This document shows, one piece after another, positions 29,143-40,517 of a stretch of DNA of 64,000 bases. The notes beneath the pieces are model-generated. The model made no database searches. It worked only from the letters and a program-made list of their open reading frames with translations, and had not been told where the DNA came from. A program made the position numbers and the translations under genes. The stretch's first letter is position 1. The number at the start of each line of letters is the position of its first letter. The DNA is from Anaeromyxobacteraceae bacterium (GTDB lineage: Bacteria; Myxococcota; Myxococcia; Myxococcales; Anaeromyxobacteraceae): positions 192,001 to 256,000 of the forward strand of contig JASGHJ010000001.1 of the NCBI GenBank assembly GCA_047602405.1, read 5' to 3'.

Positions 29143-32064
29143 ATGTCCGTCAGCCGAAGGGACGTGCTGAAGGGGATCGCGGCGCTGCCGGTGGCCGGAG
29201 CCGCCGGCGAGGTCCTCGCCGAGGCAGCGCCTCGACAGCCGCAGCTGCCCGAGCCGGTCCGGGTGGAAGGCCCGGGGCCCGGCCCGACCGCGAAGGCCAC
29301 CGAGGACCTGTACCGCGCCGAGTTCGCCGGTACCTACGGCGACGGCGAGCAGCACGGGTACGCCTTCCACTGCGTGAACTGCCAGGGCAACTGCGCCTGG
29401 GAGGTCTGGACCGACGCGTCGGGCAAGGTGACGCGCGAGAACCAGTCGGCCTCCTACCCGCAGCTCGCGCCCGACCTGCCGGACGCGAACCCGCGCGGCT
29501 GCAACAAGGGCGTGCAGCACTCGCAGATCATGTACGAGAAGGACCGGCTCCTCTACCCGATGCGGCGCGCGGGCAAGCGCGGCGAGGGCAAGTGGACCCG
29601 GATCTCCTGGGACGAGGCGGTCACCGAGGTCGCCACCCACCTCTACGAGACCATGCTCTCGAAGGGGCCGGGCGGGAACTACGTCCACATGGGCTCGGGC
29701 ATGCTCTCCGAGGCGCGCGCCGCCTCCGTGAAGCGGCTCGGCTCGCTCCTCGGCGCGGTCCGCCCGTACATCGCGAGCTACGTCGGCGACAACTTCCCCG
29801 GCCCGGGCCTCGTCTACGGCGAGGGCAACCTCGGCGTCACCTACGACTTCTTCTACAAGACCGAGGTGGCGGTGTTCTGGGGCTGCAACCCCAACACCTC
29901 TCGCATCCCGGACGCCCACTACCTGTGGGAGGGGAAGTACAACGGCGCGAAGGTCATCGTCATCACGCCCGAGTTCAACTCGACCGCGGTGCACGCCGAC
30001 CTGTGGGTGCCGGTGAAGCCGGGCTACGACGGCCACCTGGCGCTCTCGATCATGAACCGGATCGTGGCGCGGAAGCTCTACGACCCGGCGTTCCTGAAGA
30101 CCTTCACGGATCTCCCGTTCCTGGTCCGCGCCGACACGAAGGAGCTCGTCCGGCTCCACGACGTCGACCTCACGGACAGGCGCTTCGACGCCGGCTCGGC
30201 GAAGCGGTTCGCCGCCGACGAGGCGAGGCACCACGAGGTCTTCCTCGCCTGGGACCTGAAGCAGAACCGGGCGACCGCGCTGCCAGGCTGCGAGGGCTCG
30301 ACGGTCGACACGCTCCGGCTCGAGGACATCGACTGGAAGCTCGACCCGGCGCTCGCGGGCAGCTTCAAGCTGAAGCTCAAGGAGCACGGCGGCGCCCCGA
30401 AGGAGGTCACGGTCGTCCCGGCCATGGCGCTCCTCGAGCAGGAGCTCCGGAAGTTCGCGCCGGAGGCGACCCGGAAGCTCACCGGCGTGCACCCGTCGAT
30501 CGTCGAGACCCTCGCGACCGACCTCATGAAGTCGAAGACCGCGGTCCTCACCCTCGGCTTCGCCATCGGCAAGCACTTCAACGGCCTCCTCTCCCAGCGC
30601 GCCATCGCCTCCCTCGGCGCGCTCATGGGCAAGCTCGGGCCCCGCGGCGGGTTCAACACCGAGAACGAGTGGTCGATCACCGGCCTCGGCGGGCTCTCCG
30701 GCTTCGACGGCCGCTACAACCACCGCTTCGCCTCGGGCTTCGTCTCCGAGTTCATGATGGGCGACGGCTTCGCGTCACCGGAGGCCGCCTTCCAGGACGA
30801 GGACTTCAGGCGCGCCACCGGCAAGGGGGAGAAGGAGTACGTCGCCGAGGTCGCCGCCACCATCGCGAAGAGCGAGGGCGACGCCGGCTACAGGCAGGGC
30901 AAGCCCTGGTGGAAGGAGACCGACACCTTCCTCCTCTTCGCCGACGCCCGCTTCCGCCGGAACAAGGGGCGCTACCGCGACGCGTTCCTGGAGAAGGCGA
31001 AGTTCATCGCGTACGGCGACTTCCGGATGAGCGACTTCGCGAGCTACGCGGACGTGCTCCTCCCCTGCTCCAGCCACTACGAGGTCTGGGACCTCCGCAC
31101 GAACCCCGGCTACCACCGCTACGCGAACGTCGCCGTCCCGCCCGCGAACCTCAAGAAGCTCGGCGAGGCGAAGTCGGAGTGGGAGATCTCGACGCTCATC
31201 GCCGAGAAGCTCCAGGCGATCGCGACCGCGCGGTACGCGGCGACGAAGGACGAGAGGTTCATCAAGATCCCCGACCGCACGCACACCCAGGGCGGCGTCC
31301 GCGACCTCGACCGCGTGGTCGAGGAGTTCACCCTCGGCGGGAAGCTCCGGAGCGACCGCGACGCGGTCGAGTTCGCGCTCGAGCACGTCGACCAGTTCAA
31401 GCCGAACGACCCGAAGACGATGGTGGCCCGCGGCGGGTACCTGCAGCTCAACGAGAAGGCGGGCAAGTCCTCGCCGCTCTACCCGGACCGGCCCTACTCG
31501 ACCTTCGAGAACAACCTGTACCTCACGCAGAGGTTCGAGACCGCGAGCGGCCGCCTCACCTTCTACGTCGACCACCCGCTCTGGATCGCCCAGGGCGCGA
31601 ACGTGCCGACCGCGAAGGAGCCGCTCGCCTCGCGGAAGTTCCCGTTCCTGCTCATGACGCCGCACGCGCGCTGGTCGATCCACTCGACCTACAAGACCTC
31701 GCCGACGCTGCTCCGCCTGCAGCGCGGCCGGCCGGCGGTCATGCTGAACCCGGCCATCGCCGAGAAGCGGGGCATCCACGACGGCGAGCTCGTGCGGGTC
31801 TTCAACGACCTCGGCGAGGCCACCATGGTCGCGAAGGTCGCCGCGAGCTGCCCGCGGGACGCGCTCGTCCTCGAGCACGGGTGGGAGCCGTTCTGCTACC
31901 CGGGCAAGAAGGGCCACAACGCGCTCGTCGGCTCGATGCTCAACCAGCTCGAGGTCTCCGACGGCTGGGGCCACCTCAGGTTCGGCACCGCCTGGGACGG
32001 CAACCAGCACGCCTACGACGGCACCGTCGACGTCGCGAAGCTCGCGCCCGGGAAGGAGGCCTAG
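29143..32064 (+). CDS. Periplasmic DMSO-reductase family type II molybdoenzyme, alpha subunit (substrate unknown)
   Basis: Tat signal SRRDVLK; FS0 motif HCVNCQGNC...PRGCNKG; YVGD (Asp Mo ligand position); TPHARWSIHSTY. Confidence 0.9.
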   Translation: MSVSRRDVLKGIAALPVAGAAGEVLAEAAPRQPQLPEPVRVEGPGPGPTAKATEDLYRAEFAGTYGDGEQHGYAFHCVNCQGNCAWEVWTDASGKVTRENQSASYPQLAPDLPDANPRGCNKGVQHSQIMYEKDRLLYPMRRAGKRGEGKWTRISWDEAVTEVATHLYETMLSKGPGGNYVHMGSGMLSEARAASVKRLGSLLGAVRPYIASYVGDNFPGPGLVYGEGNLGVTYDFFYKTEVAVFWGCNPNTSRIPDAHYLWEGKYNGAKVIVITPEFNSTAVHADLWVPVKPGYDGHLALSIMNRIVARKLYDPAFLKTFTDLPFLVRADTKELVRLHDVDLTDRRFDAGSAKRFAADEARHHEVFLAWDLKQNRATALPGCEGSTVDTLRLEDIDWKLDPALAGSFKLKLKEHGGAPKEVTVVPAMALLEQELRKFAPEATRKLTGVHPSIVETLATDLMKSKTAVLTLGFAIGKHFNGLLSQRAIASLGALMGKLGPRGGFNTENEWSITGLGGLSGFDGRYNHRFASGFVSEFMMGDGFASPEAAFQDEDFRRATGKGEKEYVAEVAATIAKSEGDAGYRQGKPWWKETDTFLLFADARFRRNKGRYRDAFLEKAKFIAYGDFRMSDFASYADVLLPCSSHYEVWDLRTNPGYHRYANVAVPPANLKKLGEAKSEWEISTLIAEKLQAIATARYAATKDERFIKIPDRTHTQGGVRDLDRVVEEFTLGGKLRSDRDAVEFALEHVDQFKPNDPKTMVARGGYLQLNEKAGKSSPLYPDRPYSTFENNLYLTQRFETASGRLTFYVDHPLWIAQGANVPTAKEPLASRKFPFLLMTPHARWSIHSTYKTSPTLLRLQRGRPAVMLNPAIAEKRGIHDGELVRVFNDLGEATMVAKVAASCPRDALVLEHGWEPFCYPGKKGHNALVGSMLNQLEVSDGWGHLRFGTAWDGNQHAYDGTVDVAKLAPGKEA

Positions 32065-32066
32065 CC

Positions 32067-33134
32067 ATGACCACGACCACGACGCCGGGCGGCGCGCAGC
32101 GCCAGCTCGCGATGGTGATGGACCTCAACAAGTGCATCGGCTGCCAGACCTGCACGGTCGCCTGCAAGACGCAGTGGACCAACCGGAACGGCCGCGAGTA
32201 CATGTACTGGAACAACGTCGAGACGCGCCCCGGTGACGGCTACCCGAAGAAGTGGGAGTCGCTCGGCGGCGGGTTCGACGCGGCGGGGCAGCTCAAGGAC
32301 GGCGTCGTCCCCTCCCGCCACCTCGAGTACGGCACGCCCTGGGACTTCGACCTCGGCGCGGTCGCCGGCGGCGCCGAGGTGAGGCCGCAGGGCAGCCTCG
32401 AGCACGGCGCGAACTGGGACGAGGACCAGGGCGCGGGCGAGTTCCCGAACTCGTACATGTTCTACCTGCCCCGCATCTGCAACCACTGCTCGAACCCGGG
32501 CTGCCTCGCGGCCTGCCCGCGCAACGCGATCTTCAAGCGCACGCAGGACGGGGTCGTGCTCGTGGACCAGGAGCGGTGCGAGGGGCTGCGCTACTGCATC
32601 GCCGCCTGCCCCTACAAGAAGATCTACTTCAACCCGAAGATCTCGAAGTCGGAGAAGTGCATCTTCTGCTTCCCCCGCGTCGAGAAGGGCCTGCCGCCGG
32701 CCTGCGCGCAGCAGTGCGTCGGGCGCATCCGGTGGGTCGGGTACCTCGACGACGAGGCCTCCCAGGTCTCCCAGCTCGTGAACCGGTGGAAGGTCGCGCT
32801 GCCCCTCCACCCGGAGTACGGCACGCAGCCGAACGTCTACTACGTGCCGCCGCTCCCCGGCCCGCCGAAGTTCGACGCGCAGGGGAAGCCCATCCCGAAC
32901 TCCGAGCGCATCCCGCTCGCCTACCTCGAGTCGCTGTTCGGCCCCGAGGTGAAGCGGGTCCTCGGGGTCATCGAGGCCGAGCTGGCGAAGCGGAAGGCCG
33001 GCAAGCCGTCCGAGCTCCTCGACACCCTCATCGCGTTCAAGCACTCGGACATGTTCCGCCTCGGCGCGCCGGTCTCCGAGGGGCTCGTCCCGCTCGGCCG
33101 CCGCGGCGTGAAGTCGACGGAGGTGAAGGGATGA
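32067..33134 (+). CDS. Type II molybdoenzyme beta (Fe-S) subunit, NarH/EbdB/SerB-like
   Basis: DLNKCIGCQTC, YWNNVET, YLPRICNHCSNPGC, CPYKK, EKCIFCFPR, HPEYGTQPNVYY. Confidence 0.92.
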   Translation: MTTTTTPGGAQRQLAMVMDLNKCIGCQTCTVACKTQWTNRNGREYMYWNNVETRPGDGYPKKWESLGGGFDAAGQLKDGVVPSRHLEYGTPWDFDLGAVAGGAEVRPQGSLEHGANWDEDQGAGEFPNSYMFYLPRICNHCSNPGCLAACPRNAIFKRTQDGVVLVDQERCEGLRYCIAACPYKKIYFNPKISKSEKCIFCFPRVEKGLPPACAQQCVGRIRWVGYLDDEASQVSQLVNRWKVALPLHPEYGTQPNVYYVPPLPGPPKFDAQGKPIPNSERIPLAYLESLFGPEVKRVLGVIEAELAKRKAGKPSELLDTLIAFKHSDMFRLGAPVSEGLVPLGRRGVKSTEVKG

Positions 33135-34192
33135 TCACGCTCTGCTTGATGGCGGTGATGGCCGCGACGTCGCCGGACGCCGCCCTGGCCGCGGAGACCG
33201 TGCTCGTGAAGGACGTCCCCGGGCCGCTCACCGCGGACGCGGCGTCGCCGTCCTGGGACGCCCTCCCCGCCCTCGAGGTCGCGGTGGGGCCGCAGCAGAG
33301 CGTCCGGCTCGTCGACCGGATGGCCAACGCCGCGCTCGACGCGGCGAGGGGCCCGCGCGCCGTGAAGGTGCGCGCCGCCACCGACGGGAGTTCCCTCGCC
33401 GTCGTGCTCGAGTGGGCGGACGCCACCGAGGACCGCGCCGCGGGCGAGACCGACCAGTACGGCGACTCCGCCGCGCTGCAGTTCCCGGAGCGGTTCGGCG
33501 CCGGGCAGCGCCTGCCGTACGTCGGCATGGGCGATCCCGACCAGCCGGTCGCGCTCTACCTCGCGCGGGCCCGGAAGGAGGGCGTCGCCGTGCGCGAGGC
33601 GGTCGCCGCCGGCTTCGGCTCGACCACGCGCGCCGCGCTCGGCGGGGCGAAGGTCTCGATGCGCTTCAAGGACGGCGGGTGGCGCGCGGTCTTCGTGCGG
33701 CCGCTCACCGCGCCCGCCCACGACCTCGCGAGCGGGCTCGTCCCGTTCGCGGTCGCGGTGTGGGACGGCGCCCGCGCCGAGCGCGGCGGCAACAAGGCGC
33801 TGTCGAGCTGGAAGGTGCTCCGCGTCGAGCGCCTCCCCGCCGACGCCGCCTACGCGGCCGAGCTCGCCCGGGGCCGCCGGCCCGAGGACCAGGGCGACCT
33901 CGCGCGGGGGAAGCAGCTCGTGAACGGGAGCTGCATCGCCTGCCACCGGACGCCGGAGCGGAAGGTCGCCCGGGTGGGGATGGCGCCGGACCTCTCCGCC
34001 ATCGGCGTCATCTCGAGCCCGGCCTACCTGCGCGACTCGATCGTCTCGCCGAGCCAGGTGGTGCTGCAGCGCAAGGGCTGGTTCCGGAAGGACGCGTCCG
34101 GCAAGCTCGTCTCGACGATGCCGCCCTACGCCGCGCTGCCGCCGGCCGACGTGGACGCGATGGTCACCTACCTCATGACCCTCGGGAGATAG
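33131..34192 (+). CDS. Gamma subunit: EbdC-like heme-b domain fused to a cytochrome c domain
   Basis: W.D.TED, AALQFP, PYVGMG (Met), AVWDG...RGGNK (Lys); C-terminal CIACH...MP. Confidence 0.8.
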   Translation: MITLCLMAVMAATSPDAALAAETVLVKDVPGPLTADAASPSWDALPALEVAVGPQQSVRLVDRMANAALDAARGPRAVKVRAATDGSSLAVVLEWADATEDRAAGETDQYGDSAALQFPERFGAGQRLPYVGMGDPDQPVALYLARARKEGVAVREAVAAGFGSTTRAALGGAKVSMRFKDGGWRAVFVRPLTAPAHDLASGLVPFAVAVWDGARAERGGNKALSSWKVLRVERLPADAAYAAELARGRRPEDQGDLARGKQLVNGSCIACHRTPERKVARVGMAPDLSAIGVISSPAYLRDSIVSPSQVVLQRKGWFRKDASGKLVSTMPPYAALPPADVDAMVTYLMTLGR

Positions 34193-34196
34193 CCCC

Positions 34197-34625
34197 ATGC
34201 CCAGGAAGACCAGGCTCGCCACGCTCCTCGCCTCCTCGTTGCTCGCCGCCCCGCTGCTCGCCTCACCGACGGTCGCCGCCGCCGCCCCGGGCGACGAGGT
34301 CGAGGTCACCGCCGGCGTCGTCACCGGCCTGAAGTGCGCCCTCGACGCCAAGGAGAAGCACGACCTCAAGCTCCTCACCGCCTGCCCGCCCGCGGAGGCG
34401 ACGAAGGGGCTGGTGGTGTTCGACGTCGCCGAGAAGCGCATCTACGGCATCTCGACGAAGGCCGTCCGCCGCTTCGAGCTCGAGGCCGCGTTCGGCGGCG
34501 GGTCGATCGACTTCACCGGCAAGGAGGTGAAGAGCGACCCGAAGACCGAGGTCACCACGGTCGACGTCACGGAGTACTCGATCGCCCGCCGGCCGAAGCC
34601 GGGCGCCTTCAAGGGCTGCCTCTAG
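34197..34625 (+). CDS. Exported hypothetical protein with C-terminal KGCL
   Basis: Signal peptide; 3 Cys including the terminal PGAFKGCL. Confidence 0.65.
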   Translation: MPRKTRLATLLASSLLAAPLLASPTVAAAAPGDEVEVTAGVVTGLKCALDAKEKHDLKLLTACPPAEATKGLVVFDVAEKRIYGISTKAVRRFELEAAFGGGSIDFTGKEVKSDPKTEVTTVDVTEYSIARRPKPGAFKGCL

Positions 34626-35494
34626 TGACCTCCGGCCTCGTCCAGCTCGGGAAGGCGGGCCGCCCCGCGGCCGACCTCTCCTTCGGCCACACGCTCGCGC
34701 CGAACGATCGCGCCGCGTTCGCGCGGCACGTGCTGCTGTTCACGAGCGGCAAGGGCGGGGTCGGGAAGAGCACGGTCGCGGTCAACGTCGCGAGCGCGCT
34801 CGCCCAGCGCGGGCTCGCGGTCGGCCTGCTCGACGCCGACGTGCACGGCCCGAGCGTCCCGCGGATGCTCGGGCTCGCCGGCGAGCGGGTGCGCTGGGGC
34901 GACGACGACCGGATGATCCCGGCGGAGAACTTCGGCCTCAGGGTGATGAGCGTCGGGCTCACCACCCCCGAGGCCGACACGCCGCTCGTCTGGCGGGCGT
35001 CCGTCGCGACCTCGGCGCTCGTGCAGCTCGTCGAGGACGTCGCCTGGGGTCCGCTCGACGTGCTGTGCGTGGACCTGCCGCCCGGCACCGGCGACGTGCA
35101 GCTCACCCTGGCCCAGGAGCTCCGGGTCTCCGGGGCGATCGTGGTCACCACCCCGCAGGCGGTGGCCACCGACGACGTCCGCCGCGCGATCCGGATGCTC
35201 CAGGAGTCCAGGGTCCCCGTGACCGGGGTCGTCGAGAACATGTCGAGCTTCGTGACACCCGACGGCGGGGTTCACCATCCGTTCGGGCAGGGCGGCGGCC
35301 GCTTGCTGGCCGAGGCCTACGGGGTGCCGTTCCTGGGCGAGCTGCCGCTCGACCCCGGGATCCGGGAGGCGTCCGACGAAGGACGCCCCATCGCGGCAAC
35401 CGGAACGGAGGCGCAGAGGGTACACTTCGTCGCGCTGGCCTCGGCGATCGTCGCCGGGCTGGGGCTGACACCGAGGGAGGAACAGACACCATGA
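34625..35494 (+). CDS. Mrp/ApbC/NBP35 family ATPase
   Basis: SGKGGVGKST, DADVHGPS, DLPPGTGD, VTTPQ, VENMS. Confidence 0.9.
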   Translation: MTSGLVQLGKAGRPAADLSFGHTLAPNDRAAFARHVLLFTSGKGGVGKSTVAVNVASALAQRGLAVGLLDADVHGPSVPRMLGLAGERVRWGDDDRMIPAENFGLRVMSVGLTTPEADTPLVWRASVATSALVQLVEDVAWGPLDVLCVDLPPGTGDVQLTLAQELRVSGAIVVTTPQAVATDDVRRAIRMLQESRVPVTGVVENMSSFVTPDGGVHHPFGQGGGRLLAEAYGVPFLGELPLDPGIREASDEGRPIAATGTEAQRVHFVALASAIVAGLGLTPREEQTP

Positions 35495-35865
35495 AGAAGC
35501 TCATCGCCATGCTCGCCGTCGCCGCCGCCGCGCTGCTCACCGCCTCCACCGCCCGCGCCGCCGAGCCGAAGAAGTCGCCGGAGCTCGTCGCGAAGGGGAA
35601 GACCTCGTACGAGACCAACTGCGCGGCCTGCCACGGCGCGAAGGGCCTCGGCGACGGCGAGGCCGGCGCCGCGCTCGACCCGAAGCCCCGCAACCTCGTG
35701 AAGGACAAGTTCAAGAAGGGGGACAAGCCGGCCCAGGTCCACGCGATGCTGAAGACCGGCATCGACGGCTCCACGATGGTGTCCTTCGGCCACCTGCCGG
35801 ACGAGGAGCTGTGGGGCCTCACCTACTACGTGCTCGATCTCCGCGCCGCGAAGGGCAAGAAGTAG
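35491..35865 (+). CDS. Monoheme cytochrome c
   Basis: Signal peptide, CAACHG..G.GDG, M..FGHL. Confidence 0.9.
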   Translation: MKKLIAMLAVAAAALLTASTARAAEPKKSPELVAKGKTSYETNCAACHGAKGLGDGEAGAALDPKPRNLVKDKFKKGDKPAQVHAMLKTGIDGSTMVSFGHLPDEELWGLTYYVLDLRAAKGKK

Positions 35866-35884
35866 CCGCGCTCGCCCCCGGGCC

Positions 35885-36727
35885 ATGAGCTCCCCCCACC
35901 CCGCGGGCGCACGCGCCGCGGGCGCCCTCGCCGTGGCCGCCGCCCTCGTCGCGGCGGCCCCGGCGGGCGCCCAGACCGCCGCCCAGATCCGCCGCGCCGA
36001 GGCCGAGATCGGCGTCGAGGAGAGGCTCGGCGTCCTGGTGCCGCGCGCCGCGACGTTCGAGGACTCGGAGGGCCATCCCCTCGCGCTCACCGCGCTCGCG
36101 GGGCGGCCGCTGCTCCTCTCGTTCAACTACACCGGCTGCCCCCGCCTCTGCTCGGTGCAGCTCGCCGGGCTCGCCCGCGGGCTGCGCGACCTCGGCTGGC
36201 AGGGCGACCGCTTCGAGATCGCCACGGTCTCCATCGACCCCGCCGACGGGCCCGCCCAGCTTGCGAAGTACAAGGCGACCTACGTCGGGCAGGCGGGCGG
36301 CCTTCCCTCGATCGCCGCCGCGTGGCACTTCCTCCACGGGAAGAAGGAGGACGTGGACGCGCTCGCCGCCGCCGTCGGGTTCAAGTACCGCTACGACCCG
36401 AAGACGAACGAGTTCGCCCACCAGGCGACGGTCGTGGTCCTCACCGCCGACGGCCACGTGAGCGGCTACCTGCACGGCGTCACCTACGCCGCCGACGCGC
36501 TCCGCACCGCGGTCGGCCGCGCCGAGGCCGGCAAGATCGCCACCGCCGCGGAGCAGAAGGACCTCGGCGGCTTCCTCCTCTCCTGCATCGGGTTCGCCCC
36601 CGACGACCCCTTGCCGCTCGCGCTCAAGATCATGCGCTTCGGCGGCGTCGCCACCGCCCTCTTCCTGTTCGGCTTCCTCGCCTTCCAGATGCGCAAGGCC
36701 CGCACCTCCCCGAGGACCACCCCGTGA
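35885..36727 (+). CDS. SCO1/SenC copper chaperone
   Basis: YTGCPRLC, VSIDP, EFAH. Confidence 0.88.
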   Translation: MSSPHPAGARAAGALAVAAALVAAAPAGAQTAAQIRRAEAEIGVEERLGVLVPRAATFEDSEGHPLALTALAGRPLLLSFNYTGCPRLCSVQLAGLARGLRDLGWQGDRFEIATVSIDPADGPAQLAKYKATYVGQAGGLPSIAAAWHFLHGKKEDVDALAAAVGFKYRYDPKTNEFAHQATVVVLTADGHVSGYLHGVTYAADALRTAVGRAEAGKIATAAEQKDLGGFLLSCIGFAPDDPLPLALKIMRFGGVATALFLFGFLAFQMRKARTSPRTTP

Positions 36728-37758
36728 CGAGACTCCCCCTGGACACCGTGACCGCCCTCGCGGCGGCCGCCCCCGGGTACCTGCCCGCCCGCGCCTCCAC
36801 GGCCGCGGGCGCGGTCGACTCGGTCTTCCTCTTCATCTTCTGGGTGAGCGCCTTCTTCCTCGCGCTCATCCTCTTCCTCACCGTCCTGTTCGTCGTGAAG
36901 TACCGCAAGCGCCCGGGCCGCGAGGCGCCCGAGGCGTCGCCGTCGCACTCGACGAAGCTCGAGCTTCTTCTGGTCGGTCATCCCGCTCGCGCTCGTCATG
37001 GCGATGTTCGTCATGTCCGCCCGCGCGTACGTGACGATGACCCGGCCCGAGGGCTCGACGAAGGGCGCGCTCAAGGTGGGCGTCACCGCGAAGAAGTGGT
37101 CGTGGTGGTTCGACCACCCGGAGGGCAAGGGCGCCCCCGACCTGCACCTCGTGGTGAACCGGCCGGCGGAGCTCGTGCTCTCGTCGATGGACGTCATCCA
37201 CTCGCTCTACGTCGCCGAGTTCCGGCTCAAGCAGGACGCCGTGCCGGGCCGGTTCACCCGGATGATCTTCACGCCGACGATGGCCGGCACCTACCCCATC
37301 CTCTGCACCGAGTTCTGCGGCACCGACCACTCGCGGATGCTCTCGCAGGTGGTGGTCCACCCCGACCAGGCCTCCTATGACGCCTGGGCGAAGGAGGGGA
37401 TGGGCCCCGACGTGAACGTCGTCGAGGCCGGGAAGAAGGTGTTCCTGCAGCGCGGCTGCGTCGCGTGCCACAGCACCGACGGGACCCGCAAGGTGGGCCC
37501 GACGGTGAAGGGGCTCTACGGGCACGACGTGCCGCTCGCCGACGGCACGACCGTGAAGGCCGACGACGAGTACATCCGTGAGTCGCTGCAGAAGCCGGGC
37601 GCCAAGGTCGTGGCCGGGTTCCCGAACGTCATGCCGCCCGCCGTGCTGCCCGACGGCGACCTGAAGGCCCTGATCGCCTACCTCGAGTCCCTCGCGTCCG
37701 ACGCCGCCAAGGGCGGCGAGGCCGCCCCCGTCCCCGCTGCTGCCCCCGGAGCCCATCC

Positions 37759-37762
<4 letters not shown>
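36724..37762 (+). CDS. coxB: Cytochrome c oxidase subunit II with fused cytochrome c (caa3); +1 frameshift near 36966
   Basis: DVIHS and [12 protein letters not shown]uA motif; CVACH. Confidence 0.88.
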
Positions 37763-39417
<1,655 letters not shown>

Positions 39418-39421
<4 letters not shown>

Positions 39422-40099
39422 GCTCCAACGGCGACGCCGCGAACCCCAACCTCGCGGTCCAGTTCGACGACATGAAGTCGCAGATCTCGACCGGGCAGCT
39501 CGGGGTCTGGCTCTTCCTCGGCTCGGAGAATCCTGTTCTTCTCCGGCCTCTTCACCGCCTACGCCGTCTACCGCGCGAACCACCCCGAGCTGTTCCGGTA
39601 CGCGCACTTCTTCCTCGACTGGCGCCTCGGCATGACGAACACCTTCGTGCTCGTCAGCTCGTCGCTCACCGCCGCGTGGGCGGTGCGCTCCGCGCAGCTC
39701 GGCGACACGAAGCACCTGCGCCAGAACCTCCTCCTCACGATGGCGCTCGCGGCGGGGTTCCTCGTCGTGAAGTACTTCGAGTACTCGCACAAGCTGCACC
39801 ACGGCATCGGCTGGGGGGCGGCCTGCCACCCCTCCGAGGAGATCCTGGCGTCGCTCCCCGCGGCGGCCCACGCGCTCCCCATCCCGTCGAACCTCGGGAC
39901 GTTCTTCTCGATCTACTACCTGATGACCGGCCTCCACGGCGTGCACGTGGTGGTCGGGATCGGGCTCTTCGGCTGGCTGTTCAAGCGCGTGAAGCAGTTC
40001 GGGGCCGAGAACTGGGGCGCGGTCGACGGCGTGGCGCTCTACTGGCACCTCGTCGACCTCATCTGGATCTTCCTCTTCCCGCTCTTCTACCTCATCTGA
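39418..40099 (+). CDS. coxC: Cytochrome c oxidase subunit III; +1 frameshift near 39530
   Basis: [46 protein letters not shown]. Confidence 0.9.
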
Positions 40100-40110
40100 C
40101 GGAGCCGCCC

Positions 40111-40500
40111 ATGTCTGACGCTCTTTCCGCTCACCCCGAGCGTAGCGCCGCCGCAGGCGGCGCGGAGTCGAGGGGCCACTCCGGAACCCACGTCCTCTCG
40201 CCGAAGGTCCTCCTCACGACCGCGGGGGCGCTCTTCGGCCTCACCCTCCTCACGGTCGCGGTCTCGCTCGTCGACCTCGGCCACCTGAACATCGCGGTCG
40301 CCCTCGGGGTGGCGACCGTGAAGGCCATCCTCGTCGCGGGCTGGTTCATGCACCTGCGCTACGAGGGGCGCTTCAACCTCGTCGTCCTCGTCGGCTGCGC
40401 GCTGTTCGCGATCTTCATGATCGGGTTCATCGTGTTCGACACGACCGAGTACCAGCCGGACCTGCGCGCCCACGACGCGGCGCAGGTGCAGAAGAAATAG
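40111..40500 (+). CDS. coxD: Cytochrome c oxidase subunit IV
   Basis: LTLLTV, VATVKA, FMHLRYE. Confidence 0.85.
   Translation: MSDALSAHPERSAAAGGAESRGHSGTHVLSPKVLLTTAGALFGLTLLTVAVSLVDLGHLNIAVALGVATVKAILVAGWFMHLRYEGRFNLVVLVGCALFAIFMIGFIVFDTTEYQPDLRAHDAAQVQKK
40135..40174 (+). repeat. REP-like element (family A) embedded in-frame in coxD
   Basis: CCCGAGCGTAGC-GCCGCC-GCA-GGCGGC-GCGGAGTCGAGGG; reads [14 protein letters not shown]. Confidence 0.7.
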
Positions 40501-40517
40501 GGGATACTGGCGGGCCG

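Noticed and set aside
26161..30723. Very long ORFs such as 1520 aa (-), 28614-33134 (+), 48872-53887 (-) and the 5' part of 46404-50735
   Set aside because: Shadow or antisense frames typical of high-GC DNA; Arg/Gly/Pro-rich with no motifs, overlapping well-supported genes
29143..32064. Calling the molybdoenzyme narG, nxrA or serA
   Set aside because: Shorter than NarG, Tat-exported, no narJ/narI or nitrate transporter, and active-site context YIASYVGD differs from the YDWYxD pattern; substrate cannot be assigned
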